Assembly: GCF_001194135.2 (NCBI RefSeq)
Contig: NC_068986.1
Coordinates: 30,163,091-30,227,090 of the forward strand
DNA from: Octopus bimaculoides
Taxonomy: Eukaryota
DNA: 64,000 nucleotides
Direction: 5' to 3'
The notes beneath the pieces are model-generated. The model was not told the origin of the DNA. It ran no database searches and saw only the letters and a list, made by a program, of their open reading frames with translations. Positions 13,665 to 26,696 of this stretch are shown one piece after another. Made by a program: the position numbers and the translations under genes. Every line of letters begins with the position of its first letter. Within the stretch, counting starts at the first letter, position 1.

Positions 13665-13963
13665 TGTTGGCACTCCATTGCTTACGACATCAAGGGTTCC
13701 AGTTGATCCGATCAACAGAACAGCCTGCTCGTGAAATTAACGTGCAAGTGGCTGAGCACTCCACAGACACGTATACCCTTAACGTAGTTCTTGGGGATAT
13801 TCAGCGTGACACAGCGTGACAAGGCTGACCCTTTGAATTACAGGCACAACAGAAACAGGAAGTAAGAGTGAGAGAAAGTTGTGGTGAAAGAGTACAGCAG
13901 GGTTCACCACTATCCCCTGCTGGAGCCTCGTGGAGCTTTAGGTGTTTTCACTCAATAAACACT
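13665..13963 (-). mobile_element. SINE family E (same family as 38334), 3' portion with (ACA)n tail
   Basis: Reverse complement of the 38400-38599 body, continuing through GAACTACGTTAAGGGTA..GGAGTGCCAACAACAAC. Confidence 0.85.
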
Positions 13964-14168
13964 NNNNNNNNNNNNNNNNNNNNNNNNNNNNNNNNNNNNN
14001 NNNNNNNNNNNNNNNNNNNNNNNNNNNNNNNNNNNNNNNNNNNNNNNNNATATATATATATATATATATATATACGTACACACACACACACATATATATA
14101 TATATGTATGTATATATATATATATATATTTGTGTGTGTGCATATATATACATATATATACATGTATA

Positions 14169-14222
<54 letters not shown>

Positions 14223-14501
14223 GCATGTTTCAGGCATCTAGACTTAGTGGAGCCCATTCCTTTCCAGGTCTAATCATAGTTGACTTCTTCCAGAGAAAGA
14301 GAAAGGTGGAGAGAGAGAGAGAGAGAGAGAAAGCAATATCAACTTGTACATCATTTATCTATTAACGCCAAAGGGATGAGTATTATAAGGCGTTTTACCC
14401 AATGCTCCAGTGACTCTGCTATCTCAGTGTGAGCGTGTATTTCTAATACATAAGCATATATACATACCCTAAAATATACATGCACATAAACACAAAGTAT
14501 G

Positions 14502-14585
<84 letters not shown>

Positions 14586-14929
14586 TGTATGCATACAGCA
14601 ATTTGTGTATCATACTTAGTGCAGATACATTATGGAAAGCCAAGTTAACTGAGGTATCCATCCTGAGATAATATCTCTTACAGATGTACAGGGTAAAATA
14701 ACATAGAAATAGATCAGTGACAGATGAAAATTGTCCAACAGCAGCAACAGTGGCTATGTAAATGATGATGACGAGGATGATGATGTGTGTATGTGTGTGT
14801 GTATGCATGTGTGTATACACAGACACACACACACATATATATATATATATTTTTTTTTAAGCATTCACTCGTTACAAGGTCCTTAGACCACTGAAAACGT
14901 AAGAACTACTAGAATAGAATTGACACTAG

Positions 14930-15112
14930 ACAGAAGTCAATAGGTGACGATGTACATTAGACTTAAAAGACTGGAGGTCATATTGAAGAGGAAAACAAGA
15001 CTGTTGAAGGAAATTCCAAAGTTTGGAGGTGTGAGGGAAGAAACTGGTACTGTAAAATGCTTTACAACACTTAGGAGGTTGCACAGTATACTGATGAGAA
15101 CTGGATGTAAGT
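14930..15112 (-). pseudogene. L2/CR1-group LINE ORF2 C-terminal fragment
   Basis: The reverse strand translates SSSHQYTVQPPKCCKAFYSTSFFPHTSKLWNFLQQSCFPLQYDLQSFKSNVHRHLL, matching the SFFPRT..LWN.LP..VFP..YDL..FK..V..HL terminal motif. Confidence 0.7.
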
Positions 15113-15440
15113 CTAGTTGATATTAGAGGGAATGAAAGGCAAAGCTAACTTTACCATGATTTGATCTCAAAATGAGGAAGGTTGGAGCAAACTCTGCAAG
15201 CTATTTTTATTCTTTGCTCTTTTGTCTCTGATAATTCACCTCCTCCACAAAGAAATTTTACTGAACTGGTCGATGTTAACCCTTTTGTAATTAATATGTC
15301 CAGAGAAATACATAGTTTATATTTCTTCAGTTAATTTTGAAAATAATCAGGAATTTAGTGGCATTTAGTAAAATACTTTTAACTTTTTCCTTTATTGATA
15401 TTTTAAGCTAGTGTTTTCTTTATGGAGCTGCCAGACTTAC

Positions 15441-15475
15441 TAGTGGAGATACAAAGAATGGTGCACTCTACTTGT
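15441..15475 (-). CDS. Candidate 35-bp exon on the minus strand (xQVECTILCISTx or TSRVHHSLYLHx)
   Basis: Acceptor CCTTTTACTGTGTCATGCTTACAG, donor CTA|GTAAGT; could be a chance match. Confidence 0.2.
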
Positions 15476-15546
15476 CTGTAAGCATGACACAGTAAAAGGC
15501 TGCTAAACACAGAGTTACTCTTCAAAGTTAGTAGTAAGATGTGGAG

Positions 15547-15805
15547 CAGTGGTTCTTAACCATTTTTTGCCTATGAAACCTCTTGATTCCTATCCTATTC
15601 TATCGGATCCCCATAGCCTTTGATGTTTAAATAAAATCCTATTATATTTTTATGATTTAATATTAATTATTAGGAACAGAGTAAAAAAAATTGTTGAAAT
15701 GTTTTGTGTATTAAACAGGTATAACCAATTTTATTACACATAAATTTTAACAAAATCTTATATGGACCCCCAGAGGGCCATATGGACCTTGGTTGAAAAC
15801 CACCA
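15547..15805. mobile_element. hAT (Buster/Charlie-type) MITE
   Basis: Left TIR CAGTGGTTCTTAACC; right end GGTTGAAAACCACCA (imperfect inverse). Degenerate 8-bp flanks ATGTGGAG / GTGTAGGG, the latter with the central TA typical of Buster TSDs. Confidence 0.65.
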
Positions 15806-15844
15806 GTGTAGGGTTACCAGCCATGTCATATAATAATATTTCTT

Positions 15845-16067
15845 ATTTCTTTATTGCCCACAAGGGGCTAAACATAGAGGGGACAAACAAGGACAGACAA
15901 AGGGATTAAGTTGATTACATAGACCCCAGTGCGTAACTGGTACTTAATTTACCGACCCCAAAAGGATGACAGGCAAAGTTGACCTTGGTGGAATTTGAAC
16001 TCAGAACATAACGGCAGACGAAAATCCTCTAAGGATTTCGCCCGGCGTGCTAACGTTTCTGCCTTAA
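15845..16067 (-). mobile_element. SINE family B, long-tail variant, with a perfect 15-bp TSD
   Basis: ATAATAATATTTCTT at 15830..15844 and 16068..16082 flanks the element; tail (AAGAAATA)n. Confidence 0.9.
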
Positions 16068-16424
16068 ATAATAATATTTCTTGCTACCTAAACATCTGTC
16101 TTGAGTCAGGGAGATTCTCTGTCGTAGAGACTGATGATATCTTCTAGAGAAAACCTGTTGACAACTGGAACAACCTCTGACCTCAAGATACAAAGAAGGT
16201 GAAGCCATGTACACAGAATGAGCAGTATTCATGCTGTCTACCGATACATGGAGAGGATAGGGAAAGAGGGTTGCTCTAATTTCCTGGGAGCCAACAGGAC
16301 AAAAAGAATCTCTTTAGCAAACTTCAAGCCAAGCAAAATGGAAAAAAAAAAAAAAGTTGTTAGAAAGAATTCTTTGAGACAGGATGACTTGGAAAGAATT
16401 TGTTGAGAGCTTTGGCTGAGAAAG

Positions 16425-16482
16425 AGAAAGGGGAGGAAAGAGAGAAAGGGGAGGAAAGAGAGAAAGGGGAGGAAAGAGAGAA
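16425..16482 (+). repeat. 18-bp purine tandem repeat (GGGGAGGAAAGAGAGAAA) x3
   Basis: Directly visible. Confidence 0.9.
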
Positions 16483-16506
16483 AGATCATCAGTGTTGTCG
16501 TCATCG

Positions 16507-16546
<40 letters not shown>

Positions 16547-17220
16547 TATCATGTTGTTGTGACATACCTTACAAAAGGATCTTATACAAAATTATGATGG
16601 AATGTATCAATTTAAATAAGCACACTTTGAAATTAGATGTTTTGTATGTTAGAAACAAAGTCAGTCTCAAGTGGGTTAATGTCAAATGGGTATTAAAATA
16701 GAAATTAACAAACTATTATATGTCTATTTTTTCTACCTGTTTTGATATAATATTGAACAGCCTGCAGGTCTTCTGTTATTTTGCATACACTGGAAGCATC
16801 TAATATATATTTGGATAATAAAAACAGAAGAGCGATTCTGTAAGAATGCCTTGCAACTTGTTTACTTTATCCACCATCATGAGATAAATATTGATTAAAT
16901 GTTTTTACTATTCTTGTTGTCATGACTATTCAATATTATACATGAAAAATTGTCATACAAAGAGTAATTTTCAACGTTGTCCTCATTAGTAATAATTCCC
17001 CATTTATTGCTTCATTGGTAAGTTACACATGCATGTAGACAGACAGACAGATGACTAACTTAATATAGAGTTTAAGAACATTATTCAAACATAAGAAAGA
17101 TTTAATATGTTAAAATATAGATTAAAACATTTATCAATACACAGAGCATCTGACAATTGTACAAAACTTTTGAAATCAGCAGATGTAATTCTATTGATCT
17201 TTTATTAAAGACTATGTATA

Positions 17221-17443
17221 CAGTAATCCCTTGCCGTATCACAGTTCACCTATCACAGTTTATTATTAATCTTGCATTGATTCCTCTACGGTGTTGTCTT
17301 GTGTTTATAATAAAATGAATATATACAGATTATAAGAAAAAAATTTTTTTAATATACAATTCAGTACTGTTTCTACTTTGTGGATTTTCACCTATCACAA
17401 GACATTTTGGAACGTAACACCCACAATAGTTAAGGGATTACTG
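17221..17443. mobile_element. Tigger/pogo-type (Tc1-mariner superfamily) MITE
   Basis: TA|CAGTAATCCCTT ... AAGGGATTACTG|TA: 12-bp perfect TIR with a TA TSD. Confidence 0.85.
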
Positions 17444-17685
17444 TATGTATGTATATGTATGTATATTTCTAACTGTTTGGAATAAAATAACTTATATATA
17501 TATGTGTGTGTGTGTGCGTACTCATAGCTGGCCGCTAACAAATTTTTATGCAATGTAAGGATGTTCTATCCTATTTATGTTATTCAGCATTATTATTAAG
17601 TGTTTGAGAATAAGATATTTCTATATCTGTATATTTCAATACTTCTCAACGCTTCTAAAAAAAAAAAACTTTGTTTACATATATC

Positions 17686-17727
<42 letters not shown>

Positions 17728-17915
17728 NNNNNNNNNNNNNNNNNNNNNNNNNNNNNNNNNNNNNNNNNNNNNNNNNNNNNNNNNNNNNNNNNNNNNNNNN
17801 NNNNNNNNNNNNNNNNNNNNNNNNNNNNNNNNNNNNNNNNNNNNNNNNNNNNNNNNNNNNNNNNNNNNNNNNNNNNNNNNNNNNNNNNNNNNNNNNNNNN
17901 NNNNNNNNNNNNNNN

Positions 17916-17960
<45 letters not shown>

Positions 17961-18750
17961 TTTGTATTGAGAATGAGAAAGGTAGACAGATCATTTGTAA
18001 TTTGACTGATTATGTGAAAGGGTGTCTATAAAACTCATTAGAAAGCAAAATTAAAAGAACAAGAAAGACAAGAGAATGAGAGACAGATTTAATAGTGAGA
18101 ATGTCTCTGTTAAGTGAATAACACAAACGGGGGGGGAAAATAAAAACATTACGATGTGTGCAAGTGAAAAAAAATTGTTATGTAGGGTTATATAAAAGAG
18201 GAAAACAGGGGGAAGTGTGGGGGGGAAGGAAGTGTAAAGAAGGAAAGGATGAGGATAAGTGAATGAAAAAAGTTGTTTGTTACAGTTGAATTAATATTTT
18301 TTGTTGTTTTTTTTGTTGTTGCTTTTTTTTTAGACTTCCTCTTTATTTTATTGCGTTCTGGGTTTTCTATGGGAGTCTGAAATTAATTGCCAATTGATTT
18401 CTAGACCAGAAGCAAATCACCCTATGTCGCGCAATAGTAAATAGATCCAATTTCCCACCAAGCCATGCTCACTAGATACCAATAATATTATTTATTTCCA
18501 TGGAAAGGCCAGAAGGAAAATGAAAACAAATGCAAATAAACTAAATGGAGAATATATGTGTGTGTGCGTGTGTGTGTGTGTTTGTATGTACATACACTCA
18601 CATATGTATATAAATACATGCACACACACACATTTTATTATTACTTTCATATATGTGTGCATATATGTATGTATATGTATACATACATGATACATTTATG
18701 TTCGTGTATTTCTATTATCAATTACATACACACATGCGTGTGTATATATA

Positions 18751-18861
<111 letters not shown>

Positions 18862-19276
18862 ATATATATATACATGCATGCACACTCACACAGATACAAA
18901 ATCATTTTCATCGAAAGAATTGTTAATTTGCAGGTGAAGTTAAATAAGTTATATACACAGGAGATAAAGGAAGAGTTATAAGCAATCACAGAAGTGAATA
19001 CTAGCAATCATCTTTATTTAGTATATATATATTCTTGATCTTGCTTCCTGGTGTGCGATTAGAGGATTAAGAAAGTAAAGAATCTCCAAAAGACAGTTAA
19101 ATTTATGTTGCTAATTAGATCAACTCATTTAATGCCTCTAGATTAAATGTGCTTAGACATGTTTTATCTATAAGAGTGTATATCAGAGAACAAATTTATA
19201 CAACAGTAACAAGAACCAAAAAACTGCTCGTGTCAGTGACTTGTTGTAAAGTAGCATTTCAAGTCCACTTCTTTTA

Positions 19277-19708
19277 TTAACACACCCTACATGTTAACAC
19301 ACCCTACATGTTAACACACCCTACATATTAGCACACCCTACATATTAATGCATCCTACATGGAAATACATCCTACATGTTGATACACCCTACATGTTAAC
19401 ACATCCTACATGTTAACACAGCCTACATGTTAAAACACCCTTCATATTAGCACACCTTACATGTTAACAAATCCTACATGTTAACACACCCTTCATGTTA
19501 ACACACCCGACATATTAATGCATCCTACATGGCAATAATCCTATATGTTAATACACCCTACATGTTAAAACATCCTACATGTTAAAACACCCTGCATATT
19601 AACACACCCTACATGTTAACACATCCTACATGTTAACACATCCTACATGTTAACATACCCTACGTGTTAACACACCCTACATGTTACCACATCCTACATG
19701 TTAACACA
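19277..19708 (+). repeat. 17-bp minisatellite (TTAACACACCCTACATG) x~25
   Basis: Units counted by eye; variant units 5-7 recur as units 15-17. Confidence 0.95.
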
Positions 19709-20139
19709 AGGCTATATATAATGACATTTGTGAGTGGTATGGAAGTATATATATATGATAGAACCAGCCTTTACACAGGGAACATGATTAAAGAGAAATC
19801 TTTAATCCTTTAGCATACAGATTACTGTCAAATGTAATACTTATTTACAGGGCCAGATTAAAGCCCATAAGAGGCCTTAAGTGACAACTACCATTCATCC
19901 TCGCCCCCACCACCACGACCACCAACATTTCTCAACTATCATCCACTAGCCAGGCCTAAGGAACCACATGCAAAAACCCACACTGACTCCATAATCAGGA
20001 AACGTAAAAAAGATGTCCCCGGTGAAAAAATGCCAGTCTTGTCTCTTTCGACAGTAAGAAAGCACAAACACCACACATAACAAGAAAACATAATTACACC
20101 ACACAGTATGTCTCAGTATCATTGGTCTAGGCTCTAGTC

Positions 20140-20392
20140 ATCACCACCACCACCACCACCACCACCATCATCATCACCATCATCATTTTCTTCATCACCA
20201 TCATCATCTTCTTCATCATCATCATCATCTTCATCATCATCATCTTCATCATCTTCTTCTTCTTCTTCTTCTTCTTCTTCTTCATCATCTTCTTCTTCTT
20301 CTTCTTCTTCTTCTTCTTCTTCTTCTTCTTCTTCTTCTTCTTCTTCTTCTTTTCCACTACTACTACCACCACTACCACCACCATCACAACCA
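20140..20392 (+). repeat. Compound trinucleotide microsatellite (CAC/CAT/CTT/TAC)
   Basis: Directly visible; source of the poly-E/D/K pseudo-ORFs. Confidence 0.95.
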
Positions 20393-20443
20393 TTCATGTA
20401 CAGGATGCTTTACAAGGCTACGAAAATTATTCAGCAGTAAGGT

Positions 20444-21560
20444 ATATGCATCCTTATATATCTACCCCTATCTACTCCTATTCTAAGCCCCTATGCAGTT
20501 GTTTGACCTGCTAGAAATAAGAGCTAGATCTCCTTCAAATTACATCCTACCACCTATGAAAAGAAGGACATAAGATAATGTAGTCCAAGACATACTAATC
20601 CTGAATGAAATTACAAAAAAAAACAGGATGATCACAAATGAAATGTTTTGTATTATAGGTATACTCAAAAAGGCTGACCATGGGCTAACTCCCCCCCCCC
20701 ACTCCCTATCTCCATTCTTATTTTATTGACTCTTGAAAGAATGGGAAGAAGAGTTGGCCTCAATGGAATTTGAGTGCTGAATGTAAATGGCTGCAACCTA
20801 ATACCACAATGTCTTTTCTTTTTTCTAACCACTGCTTAACTATTNNNNNNNNNNNNNNNNNNNNNNNNNNNNNNNNNNNNNNNNNNNNNNNNNNNNNNNN
20901 NNNNNNNNNNNNNNNNNNNNNNNNNNNNNNNNNNNNNNNNNNNNNNNNNNNNNNNNNNNNNNNNNNNNNNNNNNNNNNNNNNNNNNNNNNNNNNNNNNNN
21001 NNNNNNNNNNNNNNNNNNNNNNNNNNNNNNNNNNNNNNNNNNNNNNNNNNNNNNNNNNNNNNNNNNNNNNNNNNNNNNNNNNNNNNNNNNNNNNNNNNNN
21101 NNNNNNNNNNNNNNNNNNNNNNNNNNNNNNNNNNNNNNNNNNNNNNNNNNNNNNNNNNNATATGCATCCTTATATATCTACCCCTATCTACTCCTATTCT
21201 AAGCCCCTATGCAGTTGTTTGACCTGCTAGAAATAAGAGCTAGATCTCCTTCAAATTACATCCTACCACCTATGAAAAGAAGGACATAAGATAATGTAGT
21301 CCAAGACATACTAATCCTGAATGAAATTACAAAAAAAAACAGGATGATCACAAATGAAATGTTTTGTATTATAGGTATACTCAAAAAGGCTGACCATGGG
21401 CTAACTCCCCCCCCCCACTCCCTATCTCCATTCTTATTTTATTGACTCTTGAAAGAATGGGAAGAAGAGTTGGCCTCAATGGAATTTGAGTGCTGAATGT
21501 AAATGGCTGCAACCTAATACCACAATGTCTTTTCTTTTTTCTAACCACTGCTTAACTATT
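20444..21560. other. 401-bp identical direct repeat flanking an N-gap (probable assembly artefact)
   Basis: 20444..20844 appears identical to 21160..21560 and both copies abut the gap. Confidence 0.8.
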
Positions 21561-24500
21561 TCTGCTAAGCCACCGCCTATTATTTCTTGTGCAACATTTT
21601 TACTCCAACCCCAATTTGGTTACCTAGGAAACAGATTCTATAATCTTTAATGGACCGTAGCATTTTACAACATAAAGCTTTTGCATTTAATACAATCCAA
21701 TCCTTGTTAAACATTAAAACGTTTAAAGAGAAAAAAAAAAGAAAAGAAAAATTTTCTATTTTTCCAAAACAAAATGTTAATACACTAATATAAAAAAATC
21801 ATATTTGGTTTGCAATTGTGGAAGGGAGACAACCCAAATTATAGCTGCCAACTTTATTTGCAGCTGTGTTGTTTTTCTATTTTTATTTGGAAAATTATTA
21901 ACTAAAAGTTGACCCAAGTAATTGGTAGCTGTTATGCTTAACTCTAGCTCACATTTTGTGGTTTTTGATTATAGCAAATATATTTTTATATTTGTTTGCA
22001 ATTGAATTCATTAAACTATGTCTTTTCTTAATCCTCACCGAGAGCCAGGAACAATCATAACTAAAAGAAGGATAGGGTGGAGCAACTTGCCTAAGGCAGC
22101 ATTTTTATGGAGTGACACATTTGAAGTGTATTATGATTTAAAAAATTTTTTAAAATCTTTTTGTGAGAGGTGGTCTGAAAACACAAAAAAAAATCACTCT
22201 GGGTTGTACAAACTCTAGTTATGCCAAATGGGGAAGAAAAGCCTATTGTTTAACCCTCAGTCAGCCTATTCTAGTATACCTTCGATAAAAAGCATTTTAT
22301 TTGTGATCATCACAACTAGGACTACATTTTCTAATATGTCCTTCTTTTCATAGGTGGTAGAATGTAATTTGAAGGATATCTGGCTTTTGATTCAAGCAGA
22401 TCAACCAACTGCATAGTGGCTCAGAATAGGGGTAGATGTATGTGTGGGTGCACCGTACTGTTGAATAATAACCTGTTTTATTTGATGGCTGTATTGAGTC
22501 CAAGTCTTTTTATAACCTTAAAGAAAGTAAGGGTATATTCATCACTAAAATTCCTCTATTATATCAGTAATGCTTTAAGTATTTTGGTATTTTGCTCTCT
22601 TAGCTCTATATGTCACCCTTCATGGCCCCCTACCCTATCTTCAGTCCAGAGACTTGATTCAAATGCTTCCAACAAAGTGGACTCTGCCAAAGGAAACCAC
22701 AAGCCATGTGATGGGATTAAACTTGGTGCTGGATTCAACTTCTCACTCAATAACTGGAATGGGCCCTCCTCAGACAGGCTTCTGCATAGTTTCCATCTGC
22801 CAAAGTTCACTCATAGGGCTTTGATTGACCCAAGGCTTTAGTAGAAGACACATTTTCATAGTATCACATACTAGAATTGAACCTGAGATTATCTAGTTTC
22901 AAGGCGCACTTGTTACCCACACATCCATGAGTGCAGCAGCAATAGAAGACCTTAAAAGGATAACAGTAAATAATTACAAGGTGTTTGTTACAACTAGGTT
23001 GTTTACTAGATTAGAGAATAACAGTGGTATTCTTTTATATTTTCTGTTTTCTTTTCCTTCATTCTACTTTAAGAATAACATACTGAATGACAAAATACAA
23101 TGAAATAAAAGTATGAATCAGAAGCAGAAGTTACAATATTCTAAGACATAGCTTTCATGCATTACTTGTGTATCCATAATACTTTCACTAAAGCTGATAA
23201 GACCTTGTGTTTTGTTAATAGCATAAAATACATGGATATACATTAAGACTTTCTACAGAATCTCAATGACAGCATCAATAAGATTTACTGCAGTTGCTAT
23301 CTTTATATCAGAAAAATAAAATATTGAGTATTTGTAAATTCTTGTCTCTGTCTCATTGAGAAATCTTTATCCAGGCTTTAATTATATTCAGATCATTTTT
23401 GTGTTATTCTTTACTTGTTAGCATCAGTAAGACAAACATCAATAAATGACTTGTCCAGATTGCTGGACTTCATCTTCTATTTAATATGCACGGTCATGAG
23501 CTTGTCAAAGATTGTCCTGCAAAACCTTCTCAGCTTTAATATTGATTAGTGGCTACTATTGAAAATTCTGTCAATGATATATCAATGTCTTTGTGATGTT
23601 ATAGCTCTTGTGGCTATTTATATTGGTTCAAATTGAAGACTTGAATACATTCATTTTCACTCTATTGGTATGGAGACAGGGATTTCATTAACTTACACCC
23701 CAAGATGTAATTGTTCACCAGCATGCCCTGGCCTCTGATCCAAAGATGTGTTGTCTCATCTATTTTCTTTTTCTAACTCCATTATTGTGGGCCTCTCCTC
23801 TTCAGAGCAGCTGGTCTCAAGCTACCTCCACTAAGGCATTCTTTGATACACCTGTCTCTCCTCTTGCTGTCCACCCTCCAATGTGCTGCACTAGCTACTA
23901 CACCTAGTTCTTTTTCCCTGGAATTATCTTCTTGCCCATGTTTTTCTTGCTACTGTTGTCATGCAACAATTGAAGAAAAACATTGATTACATCTGTCTCT
24001 ACATTCTCAAATATCCTGCAATGGCCATGAGCAAAGCTCCTTTCTCTAGATCAAACAAGTAAAATTAATAATAAATGCATTTCAGTTACACCATGTTAAA
24101 CCTCATTTAATACAGTCTTATGTTGTAATAAATACTTGTGATTCTGAACTTTCTATTCTTTGCTTTGAGAGGCAATGTTGGTTTCAAATCTTCTTCACAT
24201 CATTTGTGTTTCAAGACCAGATGAAGATATAAATCCCTCCACAAATCATAATATCCTTGTGAGGAGCAATGGCTGTTAGCTGTGTGGCTACTTTCTCCTC
24301 CAAAAATTTCCTGCTTCTCAAAATTTACCAACACTTAACCAATACTTACTCTCTCAACATGATTCTTCACCCTCTCATCTTTATGTCCTTTTTACTCTTC
24401 ACTTTTCTATCTTATCCTGTGAATTGTGCATCTACTTTTATCTGTCATTGCTGTCTTTCTTATGTGATTTATTGCTACGTTCTGTCTCGTCTTTTAGGCT

Positions 24501-24639
24501 TTGCTGACAAGTATACCACTGCATCGTATGCTATAAGCTCATTATGGTTACTATAGAGGAATGTTGATGCAATTTCAGTTTACTTATATGTTGTTCTTTA
24601 TTAATTAACAGTAATTTAATTACGCTTTATATATATACT

Positions 24640-24830
24640 TTTTCTCTCTTTTACTCTTGTACTTATTTCAATCATTTGACTGTGGCCATGCTAGAACACT
24701 GCCTTTCAGTCGAATAAATCGACCCCAGGACTTATTCTTTGTAAACTTAGTACTTATTCTATCAGTCTCTTTTGCCAAACCGCATGTGGTTGAGGAGCAA
24801 ACTTCTTACTACACAGCCACACCTGCACCT
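24640..24830 (-). mobile_element. SINE family A with internal deletion
   Basis: The tail module is joined directly to the head (GCCAAACCGCATGTGGTTG..ACACAGCCACACCTGCACCT). Confidence 0.8.
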
Positions 24831-25038
24831 GTTGCAGTGTCTCCCAGGTTTCTTTGAGCATGAGATTACAGCAGCTGAAATCTCAAACAAATCTTATATG
24901 TATATATATATATATAATAATAATAATATTAGGGATAAAAATCCAAATTTACAGGTAAAAACTCAATTAAATTCAATTTATTAAAAATTAAAATTAAATC
25001 AAGTTTCACAGTATAGTTTTATATATAAAATATACATA

Positions 25039-25078
<40 letters not shown>

Positions 25079-25404
25079 GATAAAACTCTCTTAAGTATGT
25101 AATTCTTTTACTTTTCAACATGTTCTCATCAGAGCCAAGAATATAGAATGAGTCAATCGATATATTTTTGTTACACTCCTTTTGAAAATTAAATCCAAAA
25201 TTTACCTTACTTGTTTTCTCTTAATCATGAATGTTCTCTAGGTTATAAATCAGATTTCTTTTTCTCTTCCTAACTTGTCCCTCTGTTTTTATTTTTACAT
25301 GTATCTTTCTATAAATTTATTTCCTTTGTACGTGTTTTTATCTGTCTGTCTATGTTTCTTTATTTAGTATATCCGTTTATCTGCCTTGGTAACTATATCA
25401 TTTT

Positions 25405-25560
25405 ACATCTCCCTGCTTCTTTCCCTCTCTCTCTCTCTCCCCTTCTTTCCCTCTCTCTCTCTCCCCTTCTTTCCCTCTCTCGCTCCTCCTTTTCCTCTTT
25501 CTCATTCTCCATCCTCTCTCCCCCTTCTCTTTCATTCCCTCTCTCCATTTTCATCAATTT
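25405..25560 (+). repeat. CT-rich homopyrimidine tract with duplicated ~24-bp unit
   Basis: TTCCCTCTCTCTCTCTCTCCCCTTCT repeated. Confidence 0.85.
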
Positions 25561-25804
25561 ATCTACTGTTGCCCAAGTTCTTCTACCCTACCTCTTCTAC
25601 TATTCACATAATTTTGTGCTGCACTTCAGCATAGACAGAAATGCAAGAATTTAGTCCTTTTCCAAATAAGGAAAGCGTGAATCACAAAAACAGCCACCAA
25701 CATACTACATAACCCTGATTTAAATTACTAAAAATGTTCTTCAACCAATTATTTCAAAGTATTTTATCATAGTTCATTCTCCAATTTCTTAGGTTGTGAG
25801 GTGA

Positions 25805-26055
<251 letters not shown>

Positions 26056-26399
26056 TGTGCTTCTCGTATAATCCCCTCCCTGATGAGCAATTGAACCCTG
26101 GTCTCCTGCATAACAGGTGTGGATACTATACTACCAAGACTATACTACCACTATACTACCAAAAGACTGGCTACATTAACAATTCAGCTCTAGAATTTTA
26201 TAACATTGGGTAGAAGGAATCAAGTATTCTTTTCTAATCAAGGCACAAGGCCCGAAATCCTGAGGGAGGGGACCAATCGATTAGAACGACCCTAGTACAT
26301 AACTGGTACTTAATTTATCGACCCCGAAAGGATGAAAGGCAATGTCAACCTCAGCGGAACGAGATGGAATCAAATATTGATGGTTCAAGTGCGAATATG

Positions 26400-26630
26400 G
26401 GGGCAAATAATGTATTATTCTTTGGCTGGTAGAAGCATTAGCACATTGGACAAAATGCTTGGCAGCTTTTCTTCTGGTTCTTTATATTCTGAGTTCAAAT
26501 CCTGTTATGGTCAATTTTACCTTTCATCCTCCTGGGGTTGATAAAATAAAGTACCAGTTGAGAACTGGGGTCAATATAATTGACTGACCCTCTCCTCTAA
26601 TATTACTAGCCTTGTGCTAAAATTTGAAAT
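26400..26630 (+). mobile_element. SINE family B, degenerate
   Basis: GAGTTCAAATCC..GTCAATTTTACCTTTCATCC..GATAAAATAAAGTACCAGTTG..GCCTTGTGCTAAAATTTGAAA. Confidence 0.75.
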
Positions 26631-26664
26631 TATTATTCTTCAGTGTTGAAATGCAAATAGTTTA

Positions 26665-26674
<10 letters not shown>

Positions 26675-26696
<22 letters not shown>

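Noticed and set aside
16090-16330. Possible CR1-like LINE 3' fragment (and similar decayed pieces at 23400-24100 and 31000-31400)
   Set aside because: Motif matches are too degraded to assign by eye.
19277-19708. CRISPR-like array
   Set aside because: Contiguous 17-bp units with no unique spacers, eukaryotic context, no cas genes.
20127-20397. Poly-E/D or poly-K protein (also 31971-32358, 58540-59072, 61393-61737)
   Set aside because: Compound trinucleotide microsatellites with no splice or homology support.
20444-21560. 401-bp direct repeat that could be read as LTRs or a tandem duplication
   Set aside because: The copies appear identical and both abut an N-gap, the pattern of unmerged overlapping contig ends; no TG..CA ends or primer-binding site.
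22416-22841. 141-aa plus-strand ORF
   Set aside because: No motif recognised and its 3' end runs into a SINE remnant.
26078-26105. Hammerhead ribozyme candidate CTGATGAG..GAAC (also TTGATGAAGGC at 52799 and CTGAAGA..GAAA at 39612)
   Set aside because: The required GAAA or flanking stems I and III could not be found.
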